Shown here in pieces: positions 22,169-27,649 of a stretch of 27,649 bases of DNA (within the stretch, counting starts at the first letter, position 1; every line of letters begins with the position of its first letter). The stretch lies in the NCBI GenBank assembly GCA_000388065.2, contig KB932205.1. One strand, 5' to 3'. The position numbers and the translations under genes were made by a program. This DNA comes from Fonticula alba ATCC 38817. Taxonomy: Eukaryota > Protista > Nucleariida. The notes under the pieces are model-generated. The model worked only from the letters and a program-made list of their open reading frames with translations, did not search any database and was not told where the DNA came from.

Positions 22169-25100
22169 TCAGAAAAGGGAGTTCAGGGCCTCGATCAGGC
22201 TGAGCTCGTCGCTCGGGTTGTCCGTGTCCGAGAGAGACCGCATCATGAGGGTCGTATCATCGCCGGAGTCGTCGTCCTCGCTGCTGCCGGGGCCGGGGGC
22301 GGCGACACCCTTGCCGGTGGCCATGGCAAGGGCGGCCCCGGTGGCACCGCCACCGAGGACCATGCTCCCCACCGACAGCTTGTCGCCGCCGGGGGGGTAG
22401 TAGCAAGTCGCGGACAGGGGCGAGGAGGGGACCGGTCCGGAGGCCCGGCGAAGCGCCGGGAAGGGCGGGCCCCCGCTGCCGGCGGTGAGTGGCGACCTCG
22501 GGGGCCCGGCCCCAAGAGCAACGTCCTCCGGGCTGTCACCCGGGTAGGGGGTCGGCGCACGCCACTGGGTGCCGGTGGGCGTGGAGAAATCCTCATCGTC
22601 GTCGTCATCGGCATCGCCGTCCCCATTGTCCTCGAGCCCCTCGGCGTAGTCGATAGCCGTGGCCAGAGGCGAGGAGGGGAAGCTGGTGTCGATGGACAGG
22701 CTGGAGACCGTGCTGCCGAGGCCCTCGACACAGTAGCCGCCGCCGCCGCCGCCGGGACCGGCAAGGGCCCAATAGGGCAGGGCGTCACTGCCGGCGGGGC
22801 TGCGCGGGGCGCCGTGGCAGGGCACGCCCCCGAGCGACTGGCTGCTGAGGGTACCATGGTGCGTCGCCATGCCCGGGCCCGGGGTCCCCCCGAGGCTGGT
22901 GGCGCTGGAGCCGGCCCCCACGGCCGACCTCCCCCCCGGGCGGATGCCCATCGACGAGAGGGACGCCGCTGAGGAGGATGACCGCGGCCGGCCCCGACGA
23001 GAGGATTCCAGCGAAAAAAGCGAGCTGACCGAGCTGCGGGCCGACCGGGCCAGAGCGCTGACGCCGCCGGACCGGCGGTCCGACTCGCGCCCGGCCTTGG
23101 CCTCGGGCCCGAGCGAGGGCGGAGGCGTGGACGATGAAAAGGCCCCGGCCCCCCCGGCCGTCGTCGTCGGCGCCGCCGATGACGACGATGACGACGATGA
23201 CAACGACGACGAGGATGGTGGCAGCGGTGACGGCAACAGCAGCAGCCCCCCCAGGGACTCGGCCGAGGAGGAGTGCGACCCGACGCTGGAGATGCTGCTG
23301 ATGGTTTGGGTGCTGCCGCCGCTCAGCGACAGCAGCGAGGCGCTCGAGGTGGCCGGACTCAAGGGATAGCCCCCCCCATGGCCGGGCGAGGGGTAGAAGG
23401 ACTCGCTGTTGGAGGGGGTGATGAGGGCCTCGGCGCTGGCGGCACTGCCCAGCTGCGATGAGCCGCCGCTGCCCGGCCGCAGGAGCGACCCGCTGGAGGC
23501 CTGGATGGAGGCGCTGCGCTTGTGATGCGACGGGGAGAAGACACCGGCCAGCATGGGAGAGGTACTGCCAGTCGGGCCGCCATCCGCGGTGTGGGACCCG
23601 GTGCCGCTGGTGCCCATGAAGGAGGAGGAGGAGGAGGAGGAGGAGGAGGAGGAGGGAGGAGGCAGGGCCCCGGCCGAAGCGGGCAGACCCCCGGCCGAGC
23701 CACTCCCCTCCGGGCCGTGGGGGCCACCATGGGTGCCGGTGGCGGTGCTGGCACCGGGCCCGGAGCTGGCCGACCTACGGCCAGACCCGGCCCCAGGGGG
23801 CACATTCGGCGGGGTGGGGGGCGGAGTGGCGCACAAGCGCCCACCACCGGGAGCACCGGCGCCCGCCAGGAGAGCCTCGGCCGCGGCGGGCTCCGGCGTG
23901 ACCGGCGTCCGGAGCATGGTGGCTTCATAGCCGGAACGATGGTGGTTCAGGCCATCGGCCGCGGCCAGGCTGGCCAGGCCGGCGTGCTGGGACAGGGGGC
24001 GTCGAGTGGGCCGGCCGACTCCGGCCGGTCGGGGGGCCGGGCGCAACTGACACTCGGTGCCGCCGCCATCCGCCTGCTCGGCCGATGGTGCCAGGAGTGG
24101 GGCCTGCTGGGCGGCGGACTGCTCCTCGACACCGGCGGCCCCGGCCTCGGCAGTGGAGGCGGTCGTCGTGAGGGCCGCCGCCGTCGCCACGGCCGCTGCC
24201 GCCGCCGCGGCCCCATTCCGACCGCGGAAGGCCAAGCTGCCGCCGCTGATGGCCCCCCGGCGGCAGAGCTCCGCCAATGGCGACGAGGGCGAAGACGCCG
24301 ACGATGAGGAGGACTCGGCCCGGTTCCGGAGCCGGTAGAGGCAGGTCCGCATGCGGACATCCCCCACGCGAGTGAGGGCCCAAGTGCGCACGAGGCAATC
24401 CAGCTGCAGGACGATCTCCTTGAGGGCCGAGTCGAAGACGTCCGACGGTGGCGGCACCGGCGCGGCGTCCGCCTCGATCAGCTCGGCCAGGCGGTCAATG
24501 TGTGCCGCATGCGGAGCCAGGCAGTCGATGATCTGCTGCCGGCACCGATGATCGAGGTTGATCTCATTGGGTGCATTGCTGACGATGAAGTTGCTGTAAA
24601 TGACGTAGGGGATGCGGATGCGGTCGCCCTGCGGGGCAAGCGCGCCAGCATGGCCACCCGGGTTGTCGGTCGAGGGGGGGCAGTGAGGCATGGGCATGTC
24701 AGGGAATCAGCGGGGCGGACGGGCGGGGGGCCAGGCGCGCATGCATCGGATGTGGTGGCATGCGCACCAGCGTCAGTTGGGGATGCCACTGTTGGTAGCG
24801 GATGACCCGGCGATAGAAGAGGGGGATCTCCGAGCAGAAGGAGGCGGTGCAGTATTCATCGAAGTCACGCATGGCGGCCTCGCCGAAGGCGTCGGAGTCC
24901 GGGCCGACTGACACCCGGACCAGGACCTCGAAGTTGCAGTGGCTGGGCTTCAGCGGCCCGGTCAGGCTGAGGGGCAGGCCGGCCACGGGCGCCGCGTCGA
25001 AGGTGCCGGTGTTGATGGTCAGACGCCCGGGCATCGGGCCCGACCGGGGTGCCGGCGCCGGCGCCGGCGAGAGGGTCGGCATGCCGAACCCGAGGCTGCT

Positions 25101-25274
25101 GCCGTCCGATGTGCCCCCGAGGCTGCGAGCGCTGGCCGAGGAGGAGCTCCGTTCGATCAACGGCAGCATGGGCATTGTCAACCCGGTGGGGCTGGCAGGC
25201 GTGCTGAGGCTCATATGCTGCATGAGACCGACAGGGGGAAAGGGAGGCGGGGGCGAGGGGGCGAGTGAGTCCAT
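22169..25274 (-). CDS. RGS (regulator of G-protein signalling) domain protein with long low-complexity C-terminal tail, complement(join(22169..24628,24768..25274)); start uncertain
   Basis: FDEYCTASFCSEIPLFY...YQQW...|...IYSNFIVSNAPNEINLDHRCRQQII...PPSDVFDSALKEIV matches the RGS-box pattern. Phase-0 intron 24629-24767 (GTGCGC..CAG). In-frame ATGs at 25274 and 25223; an upstream N-gap could hide more exons. Confidence 0.8.
23620..23652 (-). repeat. (TCC)n coding microsatellite encoding poly-Ser in the RGS protein tail
   Basis: Plus-strand (GGA)11 run; translates to a Ser run in the 22169..24697 frame. Confidence 0.85.
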
Positions 25275-25459
25275 GCTGCGGAGGGCGCCGCGCGTGGGCG
25301 TGGGTGCATGGGCGCACGTACAGGGCGTGGAGTGTCTCCCCAAGTGGATGTGCTGGCAGGGGATAGAGGGGGCACTTGCACCAGCCGACAGCCAGGGGGG
25401 GAGGGCGGGGGAGAAGGGCGACAGAGGCTGGCACACGCGGCGGGCTAAAACGGCGGGCA

Positions 25460-25991
25460 NNNNNNNNNNNNNNNNNNNNNNNNNNNNNNNNNNNNNNNNN
25501 NNNNNNNNNNNNNNNNNNNNNNNNNNNNNNNNNNNNNNNNNNNNNNNNNNNNNNNNNNNNNNNNNNNNNNNNNNNNNNNNNNNNNNNNNNNNNNNNNNNN
25601 NNNNNNNNNNNNNNNNNNNNNNNNNNNNNNNNNNNNNNNNNNNNNNNNNNNNNNNNNNNNNNNNNNNNNNNNNNNNNNNNNNNNNNNNNNNNNNNNNNNN
25701 NNNNNNNNNNNNNNNNNNNNNNNNNNNNNNNNNNNNNNNNNNNNNNNNNNNNNNNNNNNNNNNNNNNNNNNNNNNNNNNNNNNNNNNNNNNNNNNNNNNN
25801 NNNNNNNNNNNNNNNNNNNNNNNNNNNNNNNNNNNNNNNNNNNNNNNNNNNNNNNNNNNNNNNNNNNNNNNNNNNNNNNNNNNNNNNNNNNNNNNNNNNN
25901 NNNNNNNNNNNNNNNNNNNNNNNNNNNNNNNNNNNNNNNNNNNNNNNNNNNNNNNNNNNNNNNNNNNNNNNNNNNNNNNNNNNNNNNNNNN
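25460..25991. other. Assembly gap (N) upstream of the RGS gene
   Basis: Run of n. Confidence 0.99.
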
Positions 25992-27470
25992 GGGGGGGAA
26001 CGGCGGGGCTTGGGGCGCACACCCCCTGCACGTCGGGCAATCTGCTCGGCGAAACGGACGGCGAGGATCGCCCGCACCCGATCGGGCATCGGCACAGGGA
26101 TAAACAATCGACCGGGCGAGCAGCAGAATCGCGGAGAGCGGGGGGGCATTCGCGCGCGTGCGTGTGCGGCCACCGGCGTGTGCGTTGGCGCGAGAGAGAG
26201 AGAGAGAGAGAGGCCTCTCGAGCGCCTGGGAGCGGATCTCCCCGGCCTGACTTCCGCCAGGCATCGTTGTCGCCCTTCCAAACACCTGCCGGAGGCCGGG
26301 GGCGCGGGGGAGCCACTTACGTGCACAGGGGCTGGGGCCTGTCCCGGTAGTCAAAACGAGGTGCATCCGTTGTGGTGCCCCGTGGGCCGCCGGATCCGAG
26401 CGTGTGCGCGCGCGCGCGCGCGCTAGTGCGGTGGTGCTCGGCGGCGTCGGACGGCGGCAGAGGAGTGGCCGGGCACCGCTCCAATGCCGGCGGCATGGCT
26501 GCATCCCGCGAAGCTTGACTACCTCCGCGTGCGCAGAGCGGGCAGTTGCAAGGGTCCCGGAGCTGGGGGGTGGGGGGGGGGGAGACTCCCCCAGAAGTGA
26601 GAAGGGGATGTTAGTTGTCGGGCCGCCTCCCCATGGGGGCCGCGTAGGCGAGGGGTGGGGCATGGGCGGGGCACATGCGGTGGCTGGAGGCTCTGTGCCG
26701 TTGGCCAGCCGGCTCTCCGATGATGGGGAGACCCGACCGGGTGCCCTGCGTGAGTAACCTCCAGGCGGCTCGATCTTGTGAGCGTGTGACTGGCGACCGG
26801 GCGGCGTCGGGGGCAGAACAGCCATCTTGGCACGCACATGTGCGAATGTGCGCGGGTGCCTGTGTGCCACCCTCCGGGGAGGGCGGGCGCGCGCCGGTGC
26901 AGCGCCGGCGTCTGGGGAGACTACCGCCCGAGCAGGGGGCGGAACGGGGGGGGGGGGGGGGGGGGAGGGGGGGGGTGTTCGAGCGAACAGGTGGCGGCGG
27001 GGGGCGCCGGGCCGGGGGCGCCAACACCGGGGGCGAAAGTGCTCGCGTAGATCCTGGCGAGTAAATATTTGGATCAAGAGCAGCGCATCGGGTGCCAGGG
27101 GAGGGGGGGGGGGGGGAAGGAAAATGCGCAGGCCGAATCAGGCCGTTGGAAATGGACGCGCCCGTCCTGCGCCTAGTCGCGCACGCGCGCGCGCGCGCGC
27201 GTCAGCACCCGAACACATTGCCAGGGGGTGCCTCGGTGCCGAGAATGGCCCAGCGCCGCATTTGCTCGTCATGATGAGACTTAGCCCCCCCGGCTCGCGC
27301 CCCGGCTGAAGCCCGCCTGCCTCAGCTCGGCAGGCGGGCTTGAGCCGGGGCGCCTCTGAGGCAGCATGTGCCGGTGAGGGGGGGTGGGCACAGAACGGCG
27401 GGGGCGTGCACACCCACGCCTTGGAATTGGGGGCGGTCGCGTGTGCGCGCACGCACGCGAACGCACAACC

Positions 27471-27512
27471 GAGCGAATGCGCAAGCGAGCGAATGCGCAA
27501 GCGAGCGAATGC
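27471..27512 (+). repeat. 16-bp tandem repeat GAGCGAATGCGCAAGC x2.6
   Basis: Two perfect copies plus a 10-nt partial copy. Confidence 0.85.
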
Positions 27513-27649
27513 ACACACCCTGGCACAGCTATGACTAGCCAGGCCATGGTTATGTCCCATCGACAGCTGATGGCGCGGGAGCACGGCCACAAAGAGAGGC
27601 AGCGACACAGAGCCAATTACCAAAGACATACTTTGGGGGTGGGGCGGGG

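Noticed and set aside
27471-27512. 16-bp repeat considered as a CRISPR-like array
   Set aside because: Head-to-tail copies without spacers, in a eukaryotic context.
27138-27629. Minus-strand ORF with a hydrophobic N-terminus (MSLVIGSVSLPLFVAVL)
   Set aside because: The remainder translates simple repeats and lacks coding character.

Overview
GC-rich eukaryotic genomic DNA from an intron-containing protist- or fungus-like organism. The microsatellite-filled introns and the composition resemble Fonticula-type genomes, which is inference only. There are four N-gaps (1141-1362, 2446-3184, 18723-19157, 25460-25991), and most ORFs in the supplied track are artefacts of high GC, gaps or introns. 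Manual splicing gives five genes with reading-frame-consistent GT..AG introns: (1) an 8-exon INO80 chromatin-remodelling ATPase (+, 3359-10873, 5' end probably missing); (2) a 2-exon EEF2KMT/FAM86A-like methyltransferase (-, 11114-12788) convergent on it; (3) a 591-aa orphan multi-pass membrane protein (+, 15186-17264); (4) a 549-aa mostly disordered orphan with FFAT-like motifs (+, 19462-21344); (5) a divergent RGS-domain protein with a very long Ser/Gly/Pro/Ala-rich tail (-, 22169-~25274). A stranded triosephosphate-isomerase-like first exon (MSPKLFIGGNWK) lies at 13780, with a possible broken second exon at 14115 and no further TPI sequence visible. I found no rRNA, tRNA, CRISPR array or recognisable transposon, and no convincing new multi-gene system. 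The best leads are the TPI relic, the non-canonical RGS domain, the altered INO80 motifs and the two orphans.
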